Assembly: GCA_964016885.1 (NCBI GenBank)
Contig: OZ024743.1
Location: 118,482,001-118,546,000, forward strand
Direction: 5' to 3'
DNA: 64,000 bases
DNA from: Eledone cirrhosa
Taxonomy: Eukaryota
The position numbers and the translations under genes were made by a program. A model generated the notes under the pieces. It searched no databases, had not been told where the DNA came from, and worked only from the letters and a program-made list of their open reading frames with translations. Shown piece by piece: positions 10,635 to 23,568 of the stretch. Every line of letters begins with the position of its first letter. The stretch's first letter is position 1.

Positions 10635-12400
10635 ATGCTTACAGCTTCCCTCTGCCACTGTCATAGTAGAAGATGTCAAAGACAAAGATCAGCCAGAGGA
10701 AGGATTTTCTCCAGCTGCTGACCGACAACTTGTCGTTGCCATGGCAACAAACCAAAAGTGTGAAACAATGAACAAAACCAACACAACTAGCGGCACCAGC
10801 AACAACAACAACAACAACAACAATGCTACGAACGAAAACAACACCAATAACAATAACAATAACAACAACAACAAGACCAATAACTGTGATAACAACAACA
10901 ATGATAACAACAACACCACCAACTACAACAGTAACACAAACAAGGAAAAGTCTCCTTCGCCCAGACGGCAAGGAAAACCCTCGACTATCTGCCACTAGAT
11001 ATAAGCAAAGCGAAGGAGCTGCTGGCAGATGCCAAAAAAATACATAGTGTACGGGGAAATTGGATCATTTTCGACCCCCCCCCCCGGAACTAAAAAGCCA
11101 GAGACTCCTAAACACTGTCATGTTTAGGACAGTCTCAAACAAAAGCAAAAAACCAGCTCGACCAGAGATGTCATGAAAGACATCATATTCATTCAGAAGA
11201 ATAGACTCTACGGGAGTCTATCCATTCTCATTAAGGACAGGGACACATCAGTGAAACTGTCCATAAAACCAATCACATCCACCGCATACACCTTCTACCC
11301 TACGTACATGGGTAGAAGGACACAAAAAATAAAAATTCACTCCATCCTGCCGATTATGGACAAATGGTGGGTATTGACAGGTTTCTTGAACCTAGACGAT
11401 GACACACTAATATCCATGGGAAAGGCATCGGGTGACGCGTTCAGTGGAACGAGCCTCAAACTTGTAGTTCAAATGAGGCCCGAAAGGATCGCCCAGATCC
11501 CTGAACGCGTCATATACTGGATGCTCAAACTTCTATCAACATTACCGTTGAGGGTAGGCGGCCCTCGTGTTACCTGTGTGGAGCCAGAGGTCACCTGAGG
11601 GCTGTCTGTCCTCAACTTAATAAGAAAACCCCAATCCTGCCTACACCACCAACAACTGCACAACCAACACAATCACCACAATCACCACTACAAAAACCAC
11701 AACCACAGCTCAAACCAAAACAAAACAATGTCCAACCCATCCCCCCACTAAAAAAAAAAACAATTTCCAAAACCCGCACCGCAAACACAACCCGAAAATC
11801 TACCCCTCCCCTCCAACGCGGAAGATGACCCTCTTTCGTCGTCAGACGAGGAGGAGCACTTCCACACAATCAAAAGAAAAAAAAGAAAACACACCTCAGA
11901 CACACAAATGAAAACAACCCCTCCCCAAAACATAACACAGACACCAACACAAAAGAGCACACAACAACAGCAAACAAAAAACACCACACAAAAACAAAAA
12001 CATGCATACACATACATAAACACAAGAAATAAAAAAAACTGCTAAACATTGTGTACAACAATGATTTAGTAAAAACCCAAGGGCCTAACTTCACCCAGGC
12101 AGGGGATTTCCCCCACCTCAAAATGATTAAGGCCCCAAAGGGCACATATAAAACACTAAAAAACAACTTTAAAGAGGACGTGGCCCCCCTCTGCGTCGGG
12201 CACATTAAGCGCGTCCTCCTAAAAAACATCCCCACCTCCTCCCCAAACACCCACACAACTCCAAACACCCCAACAACACATCACACTGATGCCCCCACAC
12301 TTCACAAACCACCACCCCACCCAACAACCCATCCCACACCCCCATGGAAATTGTGCAGCCCGTTACCCGGGACTCAGAGAGGTAAGTGCCTTTTCTCTTC
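10635..12400 (+). pseudogene. LINE ORF1 remnant (gag-like) with (AAC)n tract and zinc knuckle
   Basis: CYLCGARGHLRAVC (CX2CX4HX4C) is encoded at 11568-11609. Several frameshifts and stops; boundaries approximate. Confidence 0.65.
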
Positions 12401-12409
12401 ACCACCAAC

Positions 12410-15400
12410 ATGGCTATGCTAAGAGTAGACTGTCTAAATGCGCGTGGCCTGGGCTCAACTTGGAAGCAAGCAATGCTTCTAAATGACGTCAGGTCACAAC
12501 GTATAGATGTGATGGTTATTTGCTAGGCCCGGATCAGCAACGTGCGGCAGCTGGTCCCCACCTTTGATGACTTTGAGATGCACGCATCTCTCTGTCAGCC
12601 CGGAGGTGGGGGTGGGGTTGTCGTTCTGCTGCAAAAACATGTGGGTCTCGCAACACAGACAGTATATTTGGACCCGGAGGGTCGACTAGTGGTTCTGGAC
12701 CTTGCAGTGGTGAAGGCGGAGCGTTTAGGTTGGTAGCCGTCTACGGCCCTTTCGGGTCCATGCGGCCGGACTTCTTCCATCGTCTGGAGACTTTTCTAGG
12801 GACGTCCCGCTCCTTGCTATTAGTGAGGGACTGGAATGGTATCCTAGATGCACGTTGGGACTACGTAGGGGCCTGTCCCGATAGAGAGGGGTGTAATAGC
12901 CTCAAAGGGTTAATCGGTCGATTTGACCTGGCCGATAGATATCGACTAGATTTTCCGACTGCGGTAAACCGCAGCGGATCATCTAGGTCGTACCTAGATA
13001 GGTTCTTAGTTAGAAATAAGGATAAGGACTTTTTAATTTGTCCAAAAATGTGCATGTTTGGCTATTCCGACCACAAGTTAGTGACCTGCATGGTTAACCT
13101 TGACAGAACGCATAGACAGGGACCCCGTTACTGGAAGCTCAACTTGTCCTTACCGGCAAATAAGGCTTACAGGGACCGGATTAGCACTTTAGTTAAGGAG
13201 CGGTTGACGGGCGCCATCGTCAACAGCAGGTGGTGGGGATCTCTCAAAAGAGAGATTAGAGTAGTCTCTATAGAATTTAGTAAGAAGTTAGCCTCAAATA
13301 GAAATAGGAAGGAAAGGGAGTTGGTAGATAGTGTAGAAGAGGCAATTAGAAGCGGCGACGTGGCCAGAGTGCTAGCATCGAGAACGGCCCTGGGCCAGTT
13401 CTTCGATGCGAAACACGAAGACTGCATCGTCCGAAGCAAAATACGTGCTCTGGGAAACGAGGGGACCAAAGCTGTTAGCTGGGCCCGCGTGACAGAAGCC
13501 AAAAGAGGGAGTAGATCCACTATCCGGTATTTGCGAGACCATGATGGACGGGTGATCCTTGAACCTAAGCAGATGTGCGAGGCTTTTCAAAAGCACTTTG
13601 CCAGATTGTTCGGAAGGGGCGGGGAGCCGGTTGGGGAAGTGGACTTCGGTCCATACCTCGACGGCCTGCCGCGTCACTCGGACAGGGAGACGAAATCCTG
13701 CGAGGAGCCGATTTCAGCCGCTGAGATAGAGGACGTGCTGAGCCAATGCGGCAAACGCAAATCCCCGGGTCTCGATGGTCTTCCATAAGAACTATATCTA
13801 GCTATGCCGGACTTGTTCCCCGATCTCCTCGAGGCGGTCTACTGCAACTGGCAACAGAACGGGAGAATTCCCTGTGCTGTGACCAAGGGCGTAGTGACGC
13901 TAGTGAGGAAGGACGAGAACAAGGGGGACGATATAAATGATTTCAGGCCCAAAACTCTGCTAAATACGGAGTTACAGATTTTGACCAAGGTGCTAGCAAA
14001 GAGGTTGGCAATTGTCATGGGCAACCTGGTGGGAGATGCGCAGACATGTGCTATCCCGTCCAGGTCCATCCACGACAACCTCCACCTCATGCGATACATC
14101 AAAGAGAGGGTTGGGAACGAACCCGGCTTTGGTGGGGCCCTGATCAACTTGGATCAATCTAAGGCGTTCGATAGGGGCGACCATGGTTACCTGGATGCGG
14201 TGCTAGCGGCGGCAGGCTTCGGACCCGTTTTCAGGGGCTGGAATGATGCCATGCACAGCAGCCGCATCTGCTCTAGGGTCAAGGTGAACGGCTACCTCTC
14301 GGATCCGTTCGAAATCGCGCGGTCCATCCGACAAGGGTGCCCTCTCTCTCTTCCCTTCTGTATGTAATGACTCTAGAGCCACTGCTGCGGAAGTTGGAGA
14401 TGTTGCAGGGCATCCCGTTGGAACCGGGATTGCGGAAAGCGGTGTCGGCCTGCGCCGATGACGTAACAGTAATGGTGTCGACGGCCTCAGAAATCGGGGC
14501 GATCGGCACCTTACTGGAGGAGTACGAAAGGTTTACAGGGGCTAAGCCGAACCGGGATAAGTCGATCGGTCTGCAACTCGGCACGTGGAGGGGCAGATCG
14601 ATGCCCTGCGATGGCGTCGTCGGGCGCTGGACGGAGGGCCCGGTGAAGTTGCTCGGAGTCTGGTTCGGACCAGACCTCCAGGTGGAGAAGAACTGGGGTG
14701 AGGTAACGAACAGGGTGTTTGCACTGACCAAGAAGTGGGCCGAGTGCAAACTGTCCCTGAAAGGTCGGGCGGAGGTGGCGAACACTTATATAGCGTCCGT
14801 CATCTACTACCGCCTGACCGTTGTGCCTTGCCCAAGGGAAAGGCTCGCCAAAATGAGGCGCGCACTCTTCCAATTCCTTTGGAAGAAGCGGGCTCCTATG
14901 GTGAGGAGATCCATCTGCTGTCAACACCCTTCGAAAGGAGGGCTGGGGATGCCGTGGCTAATGATACGTAAACACGCACTAAGGCTACGGCACCTCCAAG
15001 CATTCCTCACCGGTCAACCAGTGTGGGCCCCGTTTGTGAGGCGAGCCTTTCCCAGACTCGTCTCGGTCACCGAGCTGCAATCCTGGGTCAAGCAAAGACC
15101 GAGAAAACTGGGCGCCTGGCACACCGAGTGTGCCCACGCGCTCACAGCTCTCTGGCAGGCGGACCCGGCTGTCAGTGGAGAATTCACCTCGTCATTCTAT
15201 AGAGGGCTGGTGGTTAGCAGGTGCGACGACGCCCTCGGAGAAGCCCTAGGCATGGAGGAAGACGAACTGGCCAACCTGTTCGGTAGGACATTCAGCCCGG
15301 GACCCATGGATAACTTCCAGAGGTCCCTGGCCTGGCAGTGCTACCGAGGGGCTCTGCCCGTTTGAGAAAGGCTCTACAGACACGGGCGCCCGGGTAGGGA

Positions 15401-15881
15401 ACCCTCGAAAAAGATCTGTCCCAGATGCGTATGTGACGAGGAAACCGTTGCACGCGCATTGGTACACTGCTCGGGCATTGCCGATCTGCGGGGCTATGTC
15501 GAACGACTGCTGTCACGGGTGGGACCGATCCGGTTGACCACCGAGTCTATTGTAACGATCAAGCCGCCTCCCCTCTTCATAAGCGAAGAAGAGGCAGTGT
15601 TTCTGTGCGTAATAGCCATGGCGAAAGAGGTTCTTTGGTGGACGCGTCTGAAAGGACTGAGGTCAGACACCTTTCTCTCTGGCCAACAACTGGTCCGTTT
15701 CTTCCGATATCATTTCGGAAGAAGGATCAGGATGGAGAAAGACCTCCTGCACCCCAGCCGTGTTTATGAAAGATGGGTGAAAGTGGCGAGAATGGCCCGT
15801 GTGAATGGGCCTTCACTCTACATCAGACTATGGGTGAGGAAGATGAAAGATCAAGGGAGCACCCCCTCTCTGTGCTCCTGA
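12410..15881 (+). pseudogene. LINE ORF2: AP endonuclease, reverse transcriptase, C-terminal cysteine finger (disrupted)
   Basis: CLNARGL, VAVYGP, RDWN, SYLDRF, SDH (APE); KSPGLDG, FRP, DQSKAFDR, RQGCPLS, CADD, LLGVWF (RT); CPRC..ETVA..LVHC. Stops at about 12524, 13786 and 15363; frameshifts near 12720 and 14350. Confidence 0.92.
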
Positions 15882-17521
15882 GGAGAAGTGTTGCACACTT
15901 TTTTCGGGGGTGTATGCGACCCCGCAAGGCGCCTCCTCCCTATTGAGGATTTTGTTATTAAATTTATTTTTGTTATATTTTATATATTATTTTTATATTT
16001 TGTTATTTCCTCCTCCTTATTGAGGACGCCTTTTTATGTAAACTCCTCCCATTGTACTTCTCCCACTTTTTGATGCCCTGGTGGCAAATAAAAAGAAAGT
16101 TATATATATATGGATATACCTGATTTGAATAAGCTACATTGTGTTTCTACTTTGTAACATTGTTCATTGTTCTAAATTAAAGAATATCTAAACGCGAAAA
16201 TAGAAAAGGATCAAGCAAAACATTATTGAAGCATGTCGGTTCAACTCCATGTCCGCTGGACAATGTCTGAAACAAGTAAAGAAACAATAGAGTAAAGAAA
16301 AATAATTAGAAAAATATCAGTCTATCATATTTTGATCAAATTTACTTACAATAAGCCATTTAATTTCTCTGAGAAACTTCAGATTACAAAAGTTTGAATT
16401 TGGGTGGGAAAGAATATACACAAATGATTAGAACGGATTTATTTGAAGAATGGGAAACAGATGAAAATATAGTCTTACAAAGAGATAAATAGTTGTGTTG
16501 CTAGAGAGAGAGAGCAAGAGTTAGAAATAGATAGAGTGAGAGCGAGTGAAAAATAAAGACATATAATTGAATATGTAATATTTTTCTTAAAACGGGCGAA
16601 TGAGCGGAAGAATGATAAGGGAGAGGAAGCGAACAAGAGAGAAGCAGGCCAGAGACAGGCAGCTGAATATATAGCATTTCAGAAAACGAGAGAGTCAGAT
16701 TAAAGAGAGAAACAGATGGGGAGAACGAGACAAACAATGAGATAAATATATGTAATATTTCAGAAATCAAGTGAGTAAGCGACGGAGAAATGAAAAGATG
16801 GAAAGATAGACATAGAGATGCATGCATAAACTTCCACGGAGTATAACAGAGACAGCAGGAGAGAAAGAGAGAGATGAATACATAAATAGACATACAGAAA
16901 GACAGGAAGGGAAACACTTGCAGTGGAGATTTTTCTATTCATGATATACTTACGGAATTTAATCATGCATTTTGAGAAATATACACCCTAGAAAGATGTT
17001 CATCCATTGGGTACATCGTTTATTACAAATATATTTTAATAACAGCTCTTATCAAATCATCAACAGATCTTAAATACAACTTCATCAAACTTTCAAAATG
17101 ACCGAGGGAAAATTTGAACATGGTTATTAACAATAAAGCCTAAAACAAAATCATCTCTAACGTCAACAATACTACTTCAGAATCTGCTACGTTCTTTAGG
17201 AAAGGGTGGCGTCAATTATATATACATACATTCAAGTAAACTAACAAATGTACACACAAACACACAGACATGCACACACACACACACACACATACACGCA
17301 CACACACAAACACACAGACATACATACACACACAATACATACACATACACACATACACACACCCACACGCACACTCATACATACAGACACATACAAACAC
17401 ACCACACCACACAACAAACGCAGATATGCCCATATGCAAAGATACACATACGCAACATACACAGGCATACGTACATAAGAGTGTGTGTATGTATGTATGC
17501 ATGCATGTATATATATATATA

Positions 17522-18094
17522 TGTCAGGTCACCAGTTGGTGCTACTGGTAACATGTATCCCAGTACAACCTGTCTCATGGTCGGGTCGTTGGCGACTAAA
17601 CTGGCAACCCCACCAAGGTTTCTTGGTGAGGAGGGTGACTTTGGACTTCCTGCAGGACTAAAAAAACCTGGCAAAGGAGCTCTTAAGAGTCAATGGTCAT
17701 CCAAAATCACCGGGAGAGATGACCCCTTAGCCTTTGTCAAGGCAGAATTCTAGGAGAAGGAAAGCTCTGATATAACACCTGCAACCTGTTCTTCTCTTTG
17801 ATAAATATCATCTTGGTTAAGAGAGTGTGACTGGCTTTGTGCAGTGCCTTTGCTCACTATAAAAGCTTCACGCCACAGGCATTGCTTTATATCTGGAGAT
17901 CTCTCTGCACTTGTCGTCACATGGTACCATGGGCCCAGCACTATGTGACAATATTGTCACAAGTGTACTGTTTGTACCGGAGTTTTCAAGTCGCTGGCTG
18001 GACCAAAAAGTCACACTCGTTCAGCGCATCGGTAGGGGTTCTCCTACATGGATATAAAGTAGTGGCCGTACTCGAAAACGAGTTGGCAGCCACC
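17522..18094 (+). repeat. Interspersed repeat between microsatellites, possibly a LINE 5' UTR fragment
   Basis: Abrupt GC-richer block bounded by (TA)n, with no credible ORF. Family assignment is tentative. Confidence 0.3.
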
Positions 18095-18429
18095 ATATAT
18101 ATATATATATACAATTATGCAAGAAAAGTACTCAAATAAATCACAAATATTTTTTTAATATGTGACACTGGAACATGCAATTACTATTTTACAAAGTGAC
18201 TGACTGTTATGGTCAGAAAAGTCCAAACACAACCTGCTCAAACATGGCTAACCCAGAGTCAAGCAACAACTTAAACGATTACATGTATATCATGGTGGAG
18301 CTGTAGAAAACGTTCTGGTAAACTAGTACAATATGTAACGTCTGTTAATATCAGTGGACATATAAATAATTTTTGTTTGTGCCCCCACAGATTTTCGGAA
18401 CTTAATGTAACACAATGAATAAATCCGAA

Positions 18430-18474
<45 letters not shown>

Positions 18475-18480
<6 letters not shown>

Positions 18481-18972
18481 GAAAATTTTCGCTCTACATG
18501 GCTGAATACAATAAATATTATCTGAGTTTTTCGAATATTAATAATAACATTCGATTCGTTTGCTATTATGCAAACAAGCCTTTTATTTTGGATTTGGCAA
18601 AGCCGGCCATTTATCGCTCGTATACAGAAAACTGACATGCCAGTCTGCTGATATGCAAATCTGGCTGATCAGTGGATCTGCTAATATGCAGATCCGACTG
18701 ATCAGCCAGTCTGCTAATATGCAAATCAGGCCGATCAGTCACTGTGTATTTTTGAAAATAGCATATATTTTCACTAGCTCTGTCAGTTTGGCAGGTGAAC
18801 AGTGAGCTGTACTGATGAAGTGTGATACCCAGAAACATTAGTGTCGACAGTTCTGTTCGCATGCCAACACAAGAGTTCATTCTACTGATATGGTTATAAA
18901 ATTGAGGCTTGTTTGCATAATAGCAAACGAATCGAATGTTATTATTAATATTCGAAAAACTCAGATTACATT
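18475..18972 (+). mobile_element. Retrozyme-like family C: octamer repeats, HHR and inverted 3' end, inserted in (TA)n
   Basis: Inverted repeat 18524-18580 / 18906-18965, three 33-bp tandem units with ATGCARAT, and an HHR motif at 18804-18853. Confidence 0.75.
18804..18853 (+). ncRNA. Degenerate type I hammerhead ribozyme, family C
   Basis: GAGCTGTA-CTGATGA-AGTGTGATACCCA-GAAA-CATTAGTG-TC-GACAGTTC. Stem I is extended by TTGGCAGGTGAACAG / CTGTTCGCATGCCAA. Stem II is weak. Confidence 0.7.
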
Positions 18973-19027
18973 TATATATATATATATATATATTTAAAAA
19001 AATAGAGGTGTGACACACGAGTTATGA

Positions 19028-19391
19028 TATATTAGTAAAAAGGAAAAGAAAATGCTGACAAATTTTTCCCAGTGAAAAATAGTTTAATTAGAAATAAGTA
19101 TTAATTAGAAATAAGTATTAGTTAGTATTCAGTTTTTAGTTTTAAGTTTTTACCGGTTGCGCATTTCTTATGCTTTTCAAAATTTTGAGATAGTGTGCTC
19201 GTAATTTTTAGAGCAAAAATCACGAGCACGCTAACTCAAAATTATTTTTGAAAAGCATAAAAATGCGCAACCGTTAAAAACTTAAAACTGAAAACTGAAT
19301 ACTAACTAATAATTATTACTAATTTATACTTATGCCTAATTAAACTATTTTTCACTGGGAAAAATTTGTCAGCATTTTCTTTTCCTTTTTA

Positions 19392-19397
<6 letters not shown>
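19028..19397. repeat. Near-perfect palindrome of about 370 bp ending in (TA)n
   Basis: TAGTAAAAAGGAAAAGAAAATGCTGACAAATTTTTCCCAGTGAAAAATAG at the left is mirrored at 19343-19394. Centre near 19211. Confidence 0.85.
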
Positions 19398-19426
<29 letters not shown>

Positions 19427-19829
19427 ATAAGACCGTTGATTGTCTTAACTCGTAAAAGAAAAAATCATTCAGAATATACCGTATACCAACCATTAGCCTG
19501 CACTCATAACTTCCGCTATAAGAAAACCCGGCCCCAATCTCTATCTTCCGTAAACCATCCATTGGCTGCACCACCCACGAAAATGGGGATGACGGGCGTT
19601 ATCAAGCTGCAGCAGTCATATTAATTTATTTTTGCACAATAAAACAATTATTATCTGCAGCGATTGCTATCCCATCACGTGGTCTACACCTTTCTTACGT
19701 ACTAAATTATAAACTTGGCAAAACAAGCCATAAGAACATTATTTATTCTAACGACATGATGCCTTGGGCCGGGAAGCTTTTATTCAAAAAGACATAGCCC
19801 ATACGATACATGCAAATAACCAAATTGTC

Positions 19830-19950
19830 CCTTTGCGGTCTGAGTTCAAATCCCGCCAAGGTTAACTTTGCCTTTCATCCTTACGGGGTCGATAAAATAA
19901 AGTACCAGTAATGTACTTGCTGGCCTTGTGCCAAAAGTAGAAACAATTAT
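19830..19950 (+). mobile_element. SINE fragment (tRNA-derived family with TTGCCTTTCATCCTTACGGGGTCGATAAAATAAAGTACC core)
   Basis: B-box-like GAGTTCAAATC plus the core shared with the 28894, 29108, 34311 and 37875 copies. Confidence 0.75.
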
Positions 19951-21045
19951 TAAATTAAACGAAATGATCCAATGGATAAATATTACATAAATACAATATC
20001 TGCAAAGAAATATAAAAGATAATATAAAACATATCCCAAAGCAATATAAAATATATCAGTTTTCCTAATCAGCCTGTTTTTCTTCTGGAGCAAGACATCT
20101 GAGGGTGGAAGAAAATTGAACACATTATGCAGAAATACAAAATACAAAATATATCTAGGATATACAATCTTAGCCGAGCGGTGTAATATAATGCTGTTCC
20201 TAGTGCTAAAATACGCTGATCTACACAAATGAAAACTAATTGTGACTTTTCAAGCTAATTCCCTCTAGATTAAATGCTTTCACAGTAGAAGAGAAACTTA
20301 CCTACCAATCTAGGAATATACATGTTAGGTTGATCTCTTAAAAAGTAATTAATTTAGCAATTATGAAGTATCCACTCACATGTATATTTAAAAGTAATCA
20401 AATATCTTCCCGTGATAAAGGTTTCTTATATAGGCAAAACAACAAAAAGTTCAGGCGAGGGGAGAGTCAATTAAACCGAATGAAGTCCGTTACAGGTACT
20501 TTATTTTATCGACCCCATAATCGGGATTTGATATCAAAACGTAAGGCAATGCAACTATATGCCACATACATGTTGTCTGACGCTCTACTGGTACAGCCAA
20601 TTCAGTAATGATGATATTTAATATCACATATCTTAACTCACACACACACAAAAAAGATTTATTGATCAAATGTCAGAGCTGGTGAATTATAATGCTCGAA
20701 TATCAATTTTTGTTCAATTTTCAGAGCATAACTGGTATCTTGCAGATTATCTTAGCTTATACCATAAAATCAATCTAAGTTTCTTAACATGTCTTTTCAA
20801 ATAATATCTCCATAATTGATTATGAAATATAATATATTTCAATTGAATAAGACACATTTTCATATCACAATATATAATTACATTATATATAATTATATAT
20901 AATTGGCGAGAGATTAATAAGCAATCGCAATCGGGCAATGTGCTTAAGGGTGCATCTCTAATACATATACACATATATTGATACCGTACCTCTCTCTGTA
21001 TGTCTCTCTCTCTTTCTCCCTCTCTCTGCTAAATATATCTATCTA

Positions 21046-21145
<100 letters not shown>

Positions 21146-21329
21146 TTCGTTTCTGAATTTGTTTAGCAAGATTCTTTATCTGAAATCGTGTGTTATTGGC
21201 AACATGACCCTCCCAAAGTATAACAATATATATATATATATATATACACATGTGTGTATGTATGTGTATATGTGTGTCTGTGTTTGTACATGACTCTGTG
21301 TATGTGCGTGTATGTATAGATGTGTAAGT

Positions 21330-21663
21330 CTTGCATTGGAAAATAATAATTCAAGCCTGACTACATTGAGAGAGATATATGCCCGCCTCCCACGTATATC
21401 TGTCGTTGTATGTAAGAGGAGAGTAAGATTTGCTGGCCACTGCCATCGTGCCACCTACGAGGCTGTGCCCCTATTAATGCCTTGGAAACCACAAGTAAAC
21501 ACTTATAACAGAATGAGCAAGCTCTCCTAACCCGATGTCATCTCCTGAGATTCTGGTATTAAAATCCAGGACTTGGCAACGGAATGAACGACAGACGCAC
21601 GTGGAGATCAATTGTTGAGTCCATCTTGGCTGAGGCCGCCGGATGATCGGATGATGATGATGA
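21330..21663 (+). mobile_element. 3' fragment of an RTE-like LINE with (GAT)n tail
   Basis: EIYARLPRISVVVCKRRVRFAGHCHRA resembles the RTE C-terminal RRLRFAGH motif. Ends in GATGATGATGA. Confidence 0.65.
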
Positions 21664-21762
21664 CATTTTCTCTCTCTGTATACATATATATATATAGAGA
21701 GAGAGAGAAAGAGAATGGAAAACGAAAAATCAGTGATGCATCGGAACTCAATTTATTATATA

Positions 21763-22248
21763 CTAGCAGTGGTACCCGGCGTTGCACGGGATAAGGTATT
21801 TTGGAACGCGGGCCGCCAACAGACCTAATCGTGGAAAAACTGCATGCCTGAAAAATATGTAAAGAAAATAAACCGAATACTCTGATGGCTGGATAATCTT
21901 TAAGATTGTCCTTGATGAAGAAAGAAAAATGCAGGTTTTCACCTAATGCGGGCCCTAGAGGATCAAGAAAATGAATTTTTTTATGTGCATAATATGCCTT
22001 GAAATTTCGGGAAAATCGGCTAGACGTAACGCCTCAAAAAAACCCCTAAAAAGCTGAAAAAAATTTTTTTTCACCTAATGCGGGCCCTAGGAGATCAAAA
22101 AGTTGATTTTTTTATGTGCATAACACTCCCTGAAACAAGTAATACACATGTAAAGTTTTAAAAAATCGGTTGGGTACTTCTCGAGTTTTAGGGATTCAAA
22201 CTCACAGACACACACACAGACAGACATCCTCAGTTTTATATATATAGA
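21763..22248 (-). mobile_element. Non-autonomous Helitron
   Basis: Minus strand begins TCTATATAT and ends CCCGTGCAACGCCGGG-TACCACTG-CTAG (subterminal hairpin plus CTAG). Inserted between A and T with no TSD, and removing it restores the interrupted inverted arm. Confidence 0.88.
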
Positions 22249-22957
22249 TTACAATTGTTTTCCCCGCGATCAGCTCGATGTGCGATCTGTGTGTGGATTG
22301 AACCTGACTCTGGATTCACAGGTTCCACAGACACGTCTATTGATTTCGGAGCAAATCCTCTTCGGAGTCTATATCATCCGTCTTCATCCTGTTTGCGCGT
22401 CCGTGGATTGGTCACTGGTTAGTGACGTCATCATAGTTCTGACCACTGGAAGCAGCCCATTGACCATCGGAGCGTGAGCTGTCACCCACCCACAGTCCCA
22501 TCTGCAAAATTACTGCTGTGTGTGCCTATTGTCACTCCCACATGCAGGCACACACACACACAAGCACAGAGACACGGACAGACACATATAGAATAGCTTG
22601 CGTTCACACATGTACCCACAGAAACAAATACACACATCTCTATATACACATGCACATATATAGTCCCACAAATATACACATACATGCACACACAGAGAGG
22701 CACACACACAGACACACATGTATATATGCATATATATACGCACACACACACACCTGTATATATACATACACACGCATATACACATGCGTGCATACACACA
22801 CACACATATATATATATACATACATATACACACACACATGCATATATATATATATATGTACTCATATCTACACACATGCCCACACACAAATATATTCTTC
22901 CCCCTACACGTGTGTACATACATACACACAGAATCACACATATTCACTTACATATAT

Positions 22958-22993
<36 letters not shown>

Positions 22994-23006
22994 TCACACA
23001 CATATA

Positions 23007-23039
<33 letters not shown>

Positions 23040-23302
23040 GTGTGCCCTACAGGGATATGCGCACGTGCTAACATGAGCACTCTTACACATACACACACCC
23101 ACAGCAGTAATTTTGCCAATGGGACTGTAGGTGGGTGACAGCTCATGCCCCGATGATCAGTAGGTTGCTTCCAGTGGTCAGAATTATGATGACGTTACTA
23201 ACAAGTGACCAATCCAAGGTCGCACAAATAGTATGAAGACAGATGATATAGACTCGTAGGGTCAGAATCGCAGAAAGAGGATTTGCTCCGAAATCACTAG
23301 AA

Positions 23303-23391
23303 GTGTCTGAGGACCCTGTGAATCCAGAGTCAGGTCCGATGCACACACAGATCGTACCTCGAGCTGTTCGCCGGGGAAACAATTGTAATAC
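23303..23391 (+). ncRNA. Type I hammerhead ribozyme with long stem II
   Basis: GTGT-CTGAGGA-CCCTGTGAAT...GTTCGCCGGG-GAAA-CAATTG-TA-ATAC, then AATAAA at 23394. Palindromic ACAATTGT stem III. Confidence 0.75.
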
Positions 23392-23513
23392 GTAATAAAT
23401 TTAGTTCCGATGCATCACTGATTTTTCGTTTTCCATTCTATCATGCTCTGCTCCGTAGGAGCATAGAGTGCTCAACAGTCATATCGTCCATGGACGCATC
23501 CTAGCTACCATAA

Positions 23514-23568
<55 letters not shown>

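Larger units (their letters stand above)
10371..16100 (+). mobile_element. Near full-length, decayed L1/Tx1-clade non-LTR retrotransposon
   Basis: ORF1 remnant with a CCHC knuckle, ORF2 with APE-RT-zinc finger, AATAAA at the 3' end, and a target-site duplication TATATATATATGGATATA at 10353-10370 and 16101-16118. Confidence 0.9.
21712..23439. mobile_element. Head-to-head pair of HHR-bearing pLTR-like arms (about 330 bp each) around a (CA/TA)-rich core; left arm split by a Helitron
   Basis: 21712-21762 plus 22249-22520 is the reverse complement of about 23100-23439. Confidence 0.8.

Noticed and set aside
10639-10995. Hydrophobic Val-rich membrane protein ORF on the minus strand
   Set aside because: It is the antisense reading of the (AAC)n tract inside LINE ORF1.
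22335-22372. Second HHR-like motif (CCGAAGA-GGA tttgc TCC-GAAA) on the minus strand
   Set aside because: Core and cleavage triplet are non-canonical and not preserved in the other arm. The better motif is at 23303-23391.
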